From: an uncultured delta proteobacterium
Lineage (GTDB): Bacteria > Myxococcota > Myxococcia > SLRQ01
Assembly: GCA_963727485.1 (NCBI GenBank)
Contig: CAVSGM010000002.1
Coordinates: 576,001 to 640,000 of the forward strand
Direction of reading: 5' to 3'
Length of the DNA stretch: 64,000 bases
This document shows, piece after piece, positions 1-9,616 of the stretch. How positions within the stretch are numbered: the first letter of the stretch is position 1; each line of letters begins with the position of its first letter. The position numbers and the translations under genes were made by a program. The notes below the pieces were generated by a model, which saw nothing but the letters and a program-made list of their open reading frames with translations, was not told the DNA's origin and ran no database searches.

Positions 1-26
1 GCCTCCCGGGCTGACGAGGGGATGCG

Positions 27-1610
27 ATGAGCAGCATCGACGACGCGAAGATCGCGGCCATCGTCAACGCGGTGGTGGCCAGGCTCCAGGCCGAGGGGGC
101 GGTGCCCACGGGGCCCGCCACCTCCGGCTCGGCCACCACCGGCTCCCTCACCGCCGCCGGCGCCGCCGGGAGCCTGCGCACCCCGCTCGGGCCCGACGAG
201 ATCCCTCCGGAGTACGCGGGGCTCCCCGACTCCCCGGCCTCACCGTCGTATGTCACCGGCGGGACGAACGGCCGGGCCGCCCCGGCGATCATCCGCGGGC
301 GCAAGGGCGTGTTCGACGACGTGGACACCGCCGTCGCCGCCGCCCGGGGCGCCTACGAGCGCCTCCACTGGAAGCTCTCCCTCGAGGTCCGCGACCGGAT
401 CATCGCCGCCATGCGCGACGCCACCCGCCGCGCCATCCCCGAGCTCTCCCGCCGGGCGGTGGACGAGACGGGCCTCGGCCGCTACGAGGACAAGCTCAAG
501 AAGAACGCCCTGGTGGTGGAGAAGACCCCGGGCACCGAGATCCTCCGCCCCATCACCTACTCCGGCGACGACGGGCTGGCGGTCATCGAGCGGGCCCCCT
601 ACGGGGTCATCGGCTCGATCACCCCCTGCACCAACCCCACCGAGACCATCCTCTGCAACGCCATCGGGATGATCGCCGGCGGGAACTCGGTGGTCTTCAA
701 CGTCCACCCCAACGCCAAGGAGACCAGCCGCTTCCACGTGGAGCTGCTCAACGAGGCCATCGTCTCCGCCGGCGGCCCGGAGAACCTCATCTCCATGGTG
801 GCGGTGCCCACCATCGAGTCGGCCCAGCAGGTGATGACCCACGCGGGCATCCGGCTGGTGGTGGTCACCGGCGGCGGGGCGGTGGTCAAGGCGGCCATGA
901 CCTCTGGCAAGCGCGCCATCTGCGCCGGCCCGGGCAATCCCCCGGTGGTGGTCGACGCCAGCGCCGACCTGAACCAGGCGGCCCAGGGCATCATCGACGG
1001 CGCCTCGATGGACAACAACATCGTGTGCATCGCCGAGAAGGAGACCATCGCGGTCGCCGACATCTTCGACACCCTGAAGCAGAAGATGATCGACCGGGGC
1101 TGCGTCGAGGTGCGGGGCCGCGACCTCGCCAAGCTCGAGAAGCTGATCATCACCCCGGACAACCACGTGAACCGGGACTTCATCGGCAAGGACGCCAAGG
1201 TGATCCTCGCCGCCATCGGGATGCAGGTCAGTGGCGACCCGCGGCTGGTGCTGGCGGACGTCCCCGAGGACCACCCCTTCGTGCAGCACGAGCAGCTGAT
1301 GCCGGTGCACCCCCTGGTCCGGGCCCCCCACGTCGAGGAGGCCATCGCCATGGCCCGGCGGGTGGAGCACGGCTACGGCCACACCGCGATGATGTACTCC
1401 AAGGACATCGAGCAGCTCTCGCGGATGGCCCGGGTGATCAACGCCTCCATCTTCGTGAAGAACGCGCCGAGCCTGGCGGGCCTCGGCTACGGGGGCGAGG
1501 GCTACACCTCGTTCACCATCGCGTCCCCCACCGGTGAGGGGCTCACCACCGCGGTGAGCTTCACCCGGGAGCGCCGCTGCACCCTCAAGGAGTACTTCCG
1601 GTTCGTCTGA
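27..1610 (+). CDS. BMC-associated CoA-acylating aldehyde dehydrogenase (EutE/PduP family)
   Basis: Motifs PCTNP, TGGGAVV, AGPGNPP, DNNIVCIAEKE and FTIASPTGEG; N-terminal amphipathic helix (IAAIVNAVVARL) plus a low-complexity linker resembles an encapsulation peptide; next gene is a shell protein. Confidence 0.92.
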   Translation: MSSIDDAKIAAIVNAVVARLQAEGAVPTGPATSGSATTGSLTAAGAAGSLRTPLGPDEIPPEYAGLPDSPASPSYVTGGTNGRAAPAIIRGRKGVFDDVDTAVAAARGAYERLHWKLSLEVRDRIIAAMRDATRRAIPELSRRAVDETGLGRYEDKLKKNALVVEKTPGTEILRPITYSGDDGLAVIERAPYGVIGSITPCTNPTETILCNAIGMIAGGNSVVFNVHPNAKETSRFHVELLNEAIVSAGGPENLISMVAVPTIESAQQVMTHAGIRLVVVTGGGAVVKAAMTSGKRAICAGPGNPPVVVDASADLNQAAQGIIDGASMDNNIVCIAEKETIAVADIFDTLKQKMIDRGCVEVRGRDLAKLEKLIITPDNHVNRDFIGKDAKVILAAIGMQVSGDPRLVLADVPEDHPFVQHEQLMPVHPLVRAPHVEEAIAMARRVEHGYGHTAMMYSKDIEQLSRMARVINASIFVKNAPSLAGLGYGGEGYTSFTIASPTGEGLTTAVSFTRERRCTLKEYFRFV

Positions 1611-2155
1611 TGCTGGGACCGGCCCTCGCCCTCCTGGAGCTGTCCTCCGTCGCCCGGGGCGTGGTCGCCCTGGACGCCATGGTCAAGAAGGCCACGGTGG
1701 AGGTCGCCGACGCCCGGAGCGTCTCCCCCGGGCGCTACCTGGTCCGGGTCCACGGGGGCGTGGGCGAGGTCGAGGAGGCCTGGCGCGCCGGGCTCGCCGC
1801 CTCCGCAGGCCAGCTCCTGGACCACGTCTTCCTCCCCAATCCCCACCCCTGCCTGGGGCCGCTGCTCGCCGGCGAGCGCCGGGAGGCGCCGGTGGACAGC
1901 GTGGGCCTGGTCGAGTGCTACACCTCGGCGTCGGCGGTGAAGGCCGTGGACGCGGCGGCGAAGGCCGCGGAGATCGAGGTCACCCGCCTGGAGCTCGCCA
2001 ACCAGCTCGGGGGCAAGGGGTGGCTGCTCCTCACCGGCTCCCTGGACATGGTCGAGGCCGCCCTCGCCGCCGCCGAGGGCGCGGTGACCGAGGGGATGCT
2101 CCAGACCGTGGAGCTCATCGCCCGTCCCCACGGCGACACCGGCCGCGCCCTCTAG
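1610..2155 (+). CDS. Tandem BMC-domain shell protein (BMC-T)
   Basis: Two BMC repeats (ALLELSSVARGVVALDAMVK; GLVECYTSASAVKAVDAAAKAA...GGKG); ends IARPH; start overlaps the aldehyde dehydrogenase stop. Confidence 0.88.
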   Translation: MLGPALALLELSSVARGVVALDAMVKKATVEVADARSVSPGRYLVRVHGGVGEVEEAWRAGLAASAGQLLDHVFLPNPHPCLGPLLAGERREAPVDSVGLVECYTSASAVKAVDAAAKAAEIEVTRLELANQLGGKGWLLLTGSLDMVEAALAAAEGAVTEGMLQTVELIARPHGDTGRAL

Positions 2156-2177
2156 GGGCGCCCGAGGCGCGGCCATC

Positions 2178-2876
2178 GTGCCCTTGCTGACCGCCACCGG
2201 GATCGCCGTGGACGCCGCCGGCGCCGGGTCGCCGCCGCTTCCGGGGCCGGTGGACCTGGCGCTCTCGGCCGGGGAGGTGCTCTCGGTGGAGGGGCCGTCC
2301 GGGGCCGGCAAGACCACCCTGCTCCGGGCCCTGGCGCGCCTCGATCCCCTGGGCCGCGGCGAGGTGGTCCTGGGCGACGGCGCCGCCACCGGCGACGGGA
2401 TCCCCGCCTTCCGCCGGCAGGTGGTCTACCTGCCCCAGCAGCCCCCGGCCCTCCGGGGCACGGTGGCCGAGTCCCTCGAGCGCCCCTTCTCCTTCCGCAG
2501 CGCCCGCCACGCCCGCCGGGACCCCGAGCGGGTCGCCACCCTCCTGGGCCGCCTGCGCCTCCCGGACGACGTCCTCTCCCGGCGCCTCGGGGACCTCTCG
2601 GTGGGTGAGGCGCAGCGGGTGGCCCTGGTCCGGGCGCTGGGGGTCGAGCCCACCGTGCTCCTCCTCGACGAGCCCACCGCGGCCCTCGACCCGGCGGCCC
2701 GGGAGGTCGCCGAGGCGCTGGTGGGCGAGTGGCTCGGGGCCGGCGACCGGGCGGCTGTCCTGGTGAGCCACGACCCGGCCCAGGTCCGGCGCCTGGCGAC
2801 CCGGCGCCTGGCCCTCGAGGGCGGGCGCCTGGTGCCGGTGGGCGACGCCGGCGGGGCCCCGGAGGGCGAGCGGTGA
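2178..2876 (+). CDS. ABC transporter ATP-binding protein (FetA/YbbL-like)
   Basis: Walker A GPSGAGKT, signature LSVGEAQR, LLLDEPT, VSHD. Confidence 0.88.
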   Translation: MPLLTATGIAVDAAGAGSPPLPGPVDLALSAGEVLSVEGPSGAGKTTLLRALARLDPLGRGEVVLGDGAATGDGIPAFRRQVVYLPQQPPALRGTVAESLERPFSFRSARHARRDPERVATLLGRLRLPDDVLSRRLGDLSVGEAQRVALVRALGVEPTVLLLDEPTAALDPAAREVAEALVGEWLGAGDRAAVLVSHDPAQVRRLATRRLALEGGRLVPVGDAGGAPEGER

Positions 2877-3676
2877 GCGGCCCCGTCGCCCTGACCCCGG
2901 TGGGCCTCGCCGTCTCCGCGGGCCTGGTGCTGGTCGCCGGGGCGGTGTCCCTGGTGCTGCGCCTCGGGGTCACCCGCCGCCTCACCGTCGCCGCCCTCCG
3001 GACCGTAATCCAGCTCTCGCTCTTGGGCCTGGTCCTGGAGTGGGTGTTCTCGGTGAATCGCTGGTACGTGGTCCTGGCGCTCATGGCCACCATGGTCATC
3101 AACGCCGGGATCGCCGCGGTCCGCCGCACCGACCGCCGCTACCCGGGCATCTACCGCACGGGCCTCATCTCCGTGAGCATCAGCGGGGTGCTGGTGACCT
3201 TCGTGGTCACCGCCGGGGTGGTCCGCGTCTCTCCCTGGTACGACCCGCGCTACCTCATCCCGCTGATGGGCATGATCCTCGGCAACGCCCTCAACGGGAT
3301 CTCCCTGTGCCTCGACCGGATCATGGCCGACCTCGACCACCGCCGGGCCGAGGTGGAGGCCTGGCTCGCCCTCGGCGCCACCGCCTGGGAGGCCACCCGG
3401 CCCATCGTCGCCGAGGCGGTGCGCACCGGGATGATCCCGATCCTCAACAGCATGACCGTCGCCGGGATCGTCAGCCTCCCGGGGATGATGACCGGCCAGA
3501 TCCTCGCCGGCGCCGCCCCGATGACCGCGGTGACCTACCAGATCGTGGTGATGTTCATGATCGCCGCGGCGGCGAGCCTGGGGTCGCTCTTGGCGGCGCT
3601 GGTGGCCTTCCGGCACCTGGTGACCCGGCGGCACCAGCTCGCGGTCCACAGGCTGCGCCTGGTCGACGGCGCTTGA
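2873..3676 (+). CDS. ABC permease, FetB/YbbM (UPF0014) family
   Basis: Multiple TM segments; IPLMGMILGNALN and GIVSLPGMMTGQILAG motifs; GTG start overlaps the upstream stop. Confidence 0.88.
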   Translation: MSGPVALTPVGLAVSAGLVLVAGAVSLVLRLGVTRRLTVAALRTVIQLSLLGLVLEWVFSVNRWYVVLALMATMVINAGIAAVRRTDRRYPGIYRTGLISVSISGVLVTFVVTAGVVRVSPWYDPRYLIPLMGMILGNALNGISLCLDRIMADLDHRRAEVEAWLALGATAWEATRPIVAEAVRTGMIPILNSMTVAGIVSLPGMMTGQILAGAAPMTAVTYQIVVMFMIAAAASLGSLLAALVAFRHLVTRRHQLAVHRLRLVDGA

Positions 3677-3707
3677 CACCGGGCGCCCCGCCCCGGACGA
3701 TCCCGCC

Positions 3708-4544
3708 GTGCGCGCCCTCGTCCCCGCTCTCGTCCTCCTGCTCCTCGGCGGCTGCGGCCCGTCGAGCGAGCTCGTCGCCGTCGCCATCGCCGCCCACCGG
3801 AACGGCGCTGGGGACACGGAGATCCGCGCCTCGGTGATCGCCGTCGACGCCGGCAAGCACAGCGCCGACGCCGCCGTCGAGGCCGCCGGGACCTCGGCGA
3901 GCCAGGCCCCCGAGGCCCTCATCCCCCTCCAGGTCTGCCGGAAGATCGCCGGCGGCCCCCGGGGGAGCAGCCTCACGGGCTTCAAGCTCCTGGACACCGG
4001 GAGCCCCAGCCTCAAGACCGCCGACGGGAAGCACGTGGTGTCCCTGAACACCGCCACCCCCGCCGCCGGCAGCGGCACCACCTACGCCGGGACCTTCAGC
4101 CTCACCGACATGCCCTTCACCGCCGGGGACAGCTACACCGTCACCGCCGGGGGCGGGGGCGACGGCCCGGCCTTCGGGGCCAAGATCCAGTCGCCGCCCG
4201 ACTTCGACGTCCAGAAGATCGGCTTCGCCTCCACCGGGCCCGGGACCCTCTCGATCCCCAGCGAGTCCGACCTCGAGGTCGACTGGACCCCCGGCGGCGG
4301 GGGCGGCGAGATGTGGATCGTGATCCACGTCCAGGACACGGGCCTGGCCTGCCGGGTGGCCGACACCGGGAGCTTCGTCATCTCCCAGGGTCTCGTGGGC
4401 CAGCTCCCCAAGGACACCGGGACCCTCACCGTCGAGCGCTACTTCCAGGCGGACTTCCACACCAGCGCCGACGCCAGCGGCAACCAGCTCCCCGGCCGGA
4501 TCCGGTTCTCCGAGCAGCGGGAGTACAAGGTCCAGGTCCAGTAG
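3708..4544 (+). CDS. Hypothetical lipoprotein
   Basis: Lipobox LLLGGC; beta-rich mature region; coding-like codon use. Confidence 0.65.
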   Translation: MRALVPALVLLLLGGCGPSSELVAVAIAAHRNGAGDTEIRASVIAVDAGKHSADAAVEAAGTSASQAPEALIPLQVCRKIAGGPRGSSLTGFKLLDTGSPSLKTADGKHVVSLNTATPAAGSGTTYAGTFSLTDMPFTAGDSYTVTAGGGGDGPAFGAKIQSPPDFDVQKIGFASTGPGTLSIPSESDLEVDWTPGGGGGEMWIVIHVQDTGLACRVADTGSFVISQGLVGQLPKDTGTLTVERYFQADFHTSADASGNQLPGRIRFSEQREYKVQVQ

Positions 4545-4930
4545 CCGGCGCCGGGTCGACCCCCGGTGCCCCTCGCCCGGACCCGCGTCGTCGGGAGTGC
4601 CCGGGTCACGCGGCGACGATCCCGGCGGCCCGCCGATCGGATCGGCGGCCTCCGCACGCCGCACGCCGCACGGCCGCAGGCGCAGGCGCAGCCCGACCGC
4701 CGCCGCTCCATCAGCTGAAAGTCTATTTGTTTCAGTAAAGTCCATGTAATCCCTCACCGGGTTTCGAGGCATCCACAGCGCCCGCCCAGCGCCCGCCTGG
4801 CCCCCGCCCCACCCCCTCCAGCCGCGCCGACGCGCCCGCCGCCCGGGGGGCCGCTTTCTTGACCCGACCCCACCCCGTGCTACCGGTTGCAACAGGCCCG
4901 TTCCATGTCACCGAACCCTGGAGGACCCCG

Positions 4931-5149
4931 GTGCCCGACACCCTCGACGCCCCCGCTCCCCGCCCCCGGCGGCGCCGCACGATTCCCACCAACGTGCTCA
5001 TCCCCGTCGCCCACCGCGACGCCCTCAAGCGCCTCGCCGCCCGAACCCGGGTGAGCCAGAGCGAGTACCTGCGCGAGGCGGTCGCCGACCTCCTCGACAA
5101 GTACGACTCGGTCCTCGGCGAGGAGGGCCCGTCGGCCCAGGCCGGCTGA
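4931..5149 (+). CDS. Ribbon-helix-helix DNA-binding protein
   Basis: GGAGG RBS before GTG 4931; TNVLIP strand followed by LKRLAARTRVSQSEYLREAVADLL. Confidence 0.75.
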   Translation: MPDTLDAPAPRPRRRRTIPTNVLIPVAHRDALKRLAARTRVSQSEYLREAVADLLDKYDSVLGEEGPSAQAG

Positions 5150-5152
5150 CCC

Positions 5153-5170
5153 GGCGCCCCATGGGGCGCC
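5153..5170 (+). terminator. Perfect 18-bp palindrome after the RHH gene (possible terminator hairpin)
   Basis: GGCGCCCCATGGGGCGCC directly after the stop codon; weak U-tract. Confidence 0.35.
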
Positions 5171-5305
5171 TTGCCTCCCACGCCGCAGTGACGCTACCGT
5201 GGTCCCTGGCGACCGCCCGGGCGCAGCGCGTGTTCCGCCGTGCGGCCGACGTCGAGTTCACGGCGTATCACCACGCCCGCGAGGGCGAGACAAGGGGTCT
5301 TCACC

Positions 5306-5830
5306 ATGAAGTGTCCGGCGTGTGGCGGTGAGCTTTCCCAGATGACGGCCGGGGACATCACGGTGCACGCCTGCGCCGGCGGCTGCGGTGGCCTCTGGTT
5401 CGACCGCCTGGAGCTCCAGAAGGTCGACCTGCCCAGCGAGGCCGCCGGGGTCCCCCTGCTCCACGTCGAGCGGAACCCCGCCGTCCACGTCGACGTCAGC
5501 CAGCGGCGCAAGTGCCCGGTCTGCGACATGATCATGATGCAGCACTTCTTCAGCGTGAAGCGCAAGGTCACCCTCGACGAGTGCCCCGAGTGCGCGGGCG
5601 TCTGGCTCGACGCTGGCGAGCTGGCGACGCTGCGCACCGAGTACCCCACCGACGAGGCGCGCAAGGAGGCGGCGTCGCAGTACTTCGACGACGTCTTCGG
5701 CGACCGCCTCGCCAAGCTGCACGCCAAGGACGCGGCGTCGGCGGCGCGAGCCCAGAAGTTCGCCCACCTCTTCCGCTTCATCTGCCCGAGCTACTACCTC
5801 CCGGGCAAGCAGTCCTGGGGCGCCTTCTAG
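5306..5830 (+). CDS. Protein with two TFIIB-type zinc ribbons (zf-TFIIB)
   Basis: CPAC...CAGGCGGLWFDRLEL and CPVC...CPECAGVWLDAGEL. Confidence 0.8.
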   Translation: MKCPACGGELSQMTAGDITVHACAGGCGGLWFDRLELQKVDLPSEAAGVPLLHVERNPAVHVDVSQRRKCPVCDMIMMQHFFSVKRKVTLDECPECAGVWLDAGELATLRTEYPTDEARKEAASQYFDDVFGDRLAKLHAKDAASAARAQKFAHLFRFICPSYYLPGKQSWGAF

Positions 5831-6919
5831 GCCGCTCCGCCGCCGCCCGCCGGCTCCGCGGCTGCCTCCAGGCTCTCCTCGCCGGCGACCACCAACCGCT
5901 TGAACGAGAGGTTGCCGGCGAAGAGGAACACCAGGCCGAGGAGGACCTGCTGGCCGAACTGCGCCGCCCACAGGAGGTTGGCCCAGGCGGCCCCGGCGCT
6001 GGCGATTCTCGGTCCGGCTCACGAAGAGCGAGAGGCCGAGGAGCGCGAAGAACTGGAAGGTGCCGACCATCCCCGGGCCGGCGGGGATCATGACACCGAT
6101 GACCAGCATCCCCAGCACCGTGTACATCTGCAGGAGCCCGAGGTGGAGGCCAAAGGCCTTGGCCACCAGGAGCATCCCCACCCCGTTGATGCCCCAGTAG
6201 GCCACGGTGGTCAGCACGAAGAGGGCCAGCTTCCCCCGGTGGGGCGCCAGGCGCAGGCCCGAGAGGAAGCTCTCGAGGAGCGCCGAGACCCGGTCGGCGA
6301 GGTGGGGCGAGAGGGGCCGGAGGACGCCCCGGATCACCGCCACCGCCCGCTCCCGCTGCCAGAAGAACATCAGCAGCACCGCCAGGGCGCAGGCGAAGAC
6401 CCCCAGGAAGACCCAGGCCCAGATCCGCACCCGGGACAGGTGGGGGGAGCCGTCGTCGGGGACGGTGAGGATCATGGTGGCGAGGAGCATCGCCGCGGTG
6501 GTGATCCCGTCGGCCACGCGCTCCATGACCACCGAGGCGGTGGCGGCGCTCATCCGGATGCCGTCGCACCGGGTCCCGGCGGGCCCGCGCTCGGAGACCA
6601 GGTAGGGACGGACCAGCTCTCCGAGACGGAAGGGCAGCACCATCAGGGCCATGAAGCCCACCGCCGCGGCGCGGTTGAGGCGCCAGAAGGGCACCTTGGC
6701 CACCGGCTCCAGGAGGATGCCCCAGCGCACCGTCCGCAGGACGTGGATGGTCAGGAGGATGACCACGTAGGGCACGAGGTAGCCGTAGTGGGCCCGCTCG
6801 AAGGCCTGCCACATGGCCCCCAGGTCCTTGTCCCGGAGCGAGAGCCAGATGAAGAAGGCGCTCACCAGGCCCCCGGCGGCGAACCGCAGGGCGATGCCCA
6901 CGCTGGCGCGGCGGCTCAC
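5827..6919 (-). CDS. Lysylphosphatidylglycerol synthase TM / flippase-like (UPF0104) membrane protein; frameshift near 6005
   Basis: RTVRWGILL, LPFRLGELVR, VMERVADG, IPAGPGMVGTFQ; C-terminus continues in another frame to TAG at 5827. Confidence 0.82.
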
Positions 6920-7639
6920 GAGAGGGCCTCGCCGGCGAGGAGCCGCCGGGGGTTGTCGCCGAGGAGCCGGTCGCGGCCCTCGGGACCCGAGAGCTTCACC
7001 AGGGCCTTGAGCCAGCGGTCGAGCTCGCGCTCGGCCTGGTCCGGGTTGTGGAGGTCGGTGCCGGCGACGGCGTAGAGGCCCTCGGCGAGGAGGCGCCGGG
7101 CGGTGCGCTTCGCCGGCCGGCCGTAGGCGCCTCCCAGGCTCCCGAGAATCGAGCTGGAGCACGGCGCCCGCGTCCACCGCCTGCCGGGCCACGGCGAGGT
7201 CCTGGAACACCGCGCAGCGCTCGGGGTGGGCGAACACCGGGGTCACGCCCTTGAGGCGCAGGCGGAAGACCAGGTCGGCGAGGCTCGGGACCGGGGCCAG
7301 GGCCGGGGCCTCGACGAGGACGTGGCGGCCGGCGCCGCCCAGCGGCACGCAGTCACCCTCGAGGATCTTCGGGACCAGCTCCGCGTCGAGGAAGTGCTCG
7401 GCGCCGGGGACCGGCACGAAGGGCACCTGGTGCTCGGCCAGGGCCGTGCCCAGGTCAAAGATGGCCTGGCGCAGGCCCCCGGGGAGGTTGTCGAACATCC
7501 CCGGGCGGATGTGGGGGGTCACGGCGCCCCCGGCCCACCCGCGCACCACCAGGGCGCGGGCCATGCGGAGGGCGGCGTCGAGGTCCTCGGCGCCGTCGTC
7601 GACGCCGGGGACCAGGTGGAGGTGGAGGTCTTGGAACAT
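6916..7639 (-). CDS. PHP-family tyrosine-protein phosphatase (CpsB/YwqE-like); frameshift near 7147
   Basis: DLHLHLVPGVDDG, TPH and AHPER; GTDLH follows in the shifted frame. Confidence 0.85.
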
Positions 7640-7649
7640 GCTCTTGGCC

Positions 7650-8606
7650 TCAAGGGCGCGGGTCGACTACCACGTTGGGCGGCGTCCCTCCAGCCAGCGC
7701 CGTATCCACCGCCTCGCAGCAGAGGCGGGCCATCTCGGCCCGGGCGGTGGTCGTCGCGCTGCCGAGGTGGGGGGCGAGGACCACGTTGGGCAGCCCGAGG
7801 AGCCCCGGGTGCACCTCCGGCTCGGCCTCGAAGACGTCGAGGCCCGCGGCGAAGATCCGCCCCCGGGCCAGGGCCTCGGCCAGGGCGGCCTCGTCGACCA
7901 CCGGGCCCCGGGCGGTGTTCACCAGGACCGCGCTGGGCTTCATCCGGGCCAGCTCGTCGGCGCCGAGGAGGTGGCGGGTGGCGCCGGTGAGGGGCACGTG
8001 GAGGGACACGAAGTCGGCGCCGGCGAGGAGGGCGTCCAGGGTGACGCGCCGGGCGCCGAGGGCCTCGGCCTCGGGGCTCGCCCGGCGGCCGTGGTAGACG
8101 AGGTCCATCCCGAAGCCCCGGCCCCGGGCGAGGACGGCGCGGCCGATGCGCCCGGGCCCCACCACGCCCAGGACCCGCCCCGCCACCGGCTGCCCCAGGA
8201 GGAGCGACGGGGCCCAGCCGGAAAAGCGCCCCTCGGCCACCATCCGCCCCGCCTCGGGGAGGCGCCGGGCGGCGGCGAGGAGCAGGGCGAAGGCGAGGTC
8301 GGCGGAGGCGTCGGTGAGGACGTCGGGGGTGTTGGCCACCAGGACCCCGTGGCGCCGGGCGGCGGCGAGATCGATGTTGTCGACCCCCACCGCGTAGTTG
8401 GCCACCACCCTGACCCCGGCGCCGAGGACCGCGTCGTCGATCCGGTCCGAGAGGAGGGTCACCAGGGCGTCGCTCCGGCCCGCCTCGGCGACCAGGGTGG
8501 CATGGTCCGGCGCGGCGTCGTCCGGGTGGACCACCACCTCGTGACGCCGGGCCAGGGCCTCGAGTTGGCCGCCGGGGAGACGCCGGGTGACGAAGACGCG
8601 GGCCAT
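7650..8606 (-). CDS. D-2-hydroxyacid (D-glycerate/glyoxylate) dehydrogenase
   Basis: NYAVGVDNID, NTPDVLT, GPGRIG, NTARG, GLDVFEAEP, PHLGSAT. Confidence 0.9.
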   Translation of the reverse strand: MARVFVTRRLPGGQLEALARRHEVVVHPDDAAPDHATLVAEAGRSDALVTLLSDRIDDAVLGAGVRVVANYAVGVDNIDLAAARRHGVLVANTPDVLTDASADLAFALLLAAARRLPEAGRMVAEGRFSGWAPSLLLGQPVAGRVLGVVGPGRIGRAVLARGRGFGMDLVYHGRRASPEAEALGARRVTLDALLAGADFVSLHVPLTGATRHLLGADELARMKPSAVLVNTARGPVVDEAALAEALARGRIFAAGLDVFEAEPEVHPGLLGLPNVVLAPHLGSATTTARAEMARLCCEAVDTALAGGTPPNVVVDPRP

Positions 8607-8619
8607 CGGAGGACGGGCG

Positions 8620-8847
8620 TCAGTGGACCGTGGGGCCCGGGTCGTCGTCGCCGGCGTCGGCGAGGGCCTCGACGACGTCGCTGCCGGTCGCCGGGGGACC
8701 GGGGATCCGGTAGCCACCGCCGAGCCAGTTGCCGAGGTCGATCATCCGGCAGCGCTCGGAGCAGAAGGGGTACTCGGGGTTCTCGGACCGGGCCTTCACG
8801 GGCTTGCCGCAGATGGCGCACTTGAGCTGGGGTGCAGGACGGGCCAT
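8620..8847 (-). CDS. yacG: DNA gyrase inhibitor YacG
   Basis: CAICGK...YPFCSERCRMIDLGNW...YRIPG. Confidence 0.9.
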   Translation of the reverse strand: MARPAPQLKCAICGKPVKARSENPEYPFCSERCRMIDLGNWLGGGYRIPGPPATGSDVVEALADAGDDDPGPTVH

Positions 8848-8930
8848 CGGCAGGGACCCTAGCCAGGACGCCGCCTCACCGCAACGATCCCGAGGCCCCC
8901 CGCCCGCACCGTAAGGCGGGGACCGCCGCC

Positions 8931-9500
8931 CTACCCCGCGCCCTCGCTGCCGCCGGCGGCGGTGAGCCCCGGGAGCACCACGTGGGGGAAGCTGCAGCAG
9001 GGCCCGAGATCCGCGGCGGCCTCGGGGCGGTCCCACCCCAGGGCCCGGAGGTGGGCGTGGGCCGAGGCGAGGACCGCCTGCTGGCCGGGGTGGTAGAGGG
9101 TCTCGTGGGTCTCGTCGAGGCTGAGCCACCGGTACCACCGGCCCTCGGCGTCGAGGACGTGCTCCCGGCCATCGGGCTCGGGCTTGAGCTGCTCGGGGTC
9201 GGGGACGAGGGCCAGGAAGTAGACCACCCGCTTGCGAATGCGCCGGCCGCTGCGGTGGAAGACGTAGGTGTCGAGGGCCCGGTAGCCGGGGACGATGCGG
9301 ACGCCCGTGAGCCCCGTCTCCTCGGCGCACTCGCGCAGGGCGGTGTCGAGGTCGGTCTCCCCGGGCTCGACCGAGCCCTTGGGGAACTCCCAGACCGCGC
9401 GGGGGTTCCGCACCAGGCCCGAGTGGAGCAGGAGGAAGCGCACGGTTCCGTCGTCCCGGACGTGGACGGGAACGACCCCACAGGACTTCTGGTAGCTCAT
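8931..9500 (-). CDS. NUDIX hydrolase (Ap4A hydrolase-like)
   Basis: KSCGVV, WEFPKG and Nudix box GSVEPGETDLDTALRECAEETG. Confidence 0.85.
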   Translation of the reverse strand: MSYQKSCGVVPVHVRDDGTVRFLLLHSGLVRNPRAVWEFPKGSVEPGETDLDTALRECAEETGLTGVRIVPGYRALDTYVFHRSGRRIRKRVVYFLALVPDPEQLKPEPDGREHVLDAEGRWYRWLSLDETHETLYHPGQQAVLASAHAHLRALGWDRPEAAADLGPCCSFPHVVLPGLTAAGGSEGAG

Positions 9501-9616
9501 CCGGCCCATCTTCGGACGCCCGGCCCCTCTCAACCGGCGGATCGAAGGTAGCACGGATCCCCGCGTCGGGCCCGAAAAGTGGACGCGACGCGTCACCGGC
9601 CCCGGGCGGGTAGCGC

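Noticed and set aside
5258..7639. Apparent 793-aa phosphatase-flippase fusion
   Set aside because: Produced by frameshifts; separate stop and start codons overlap at 6916-6919
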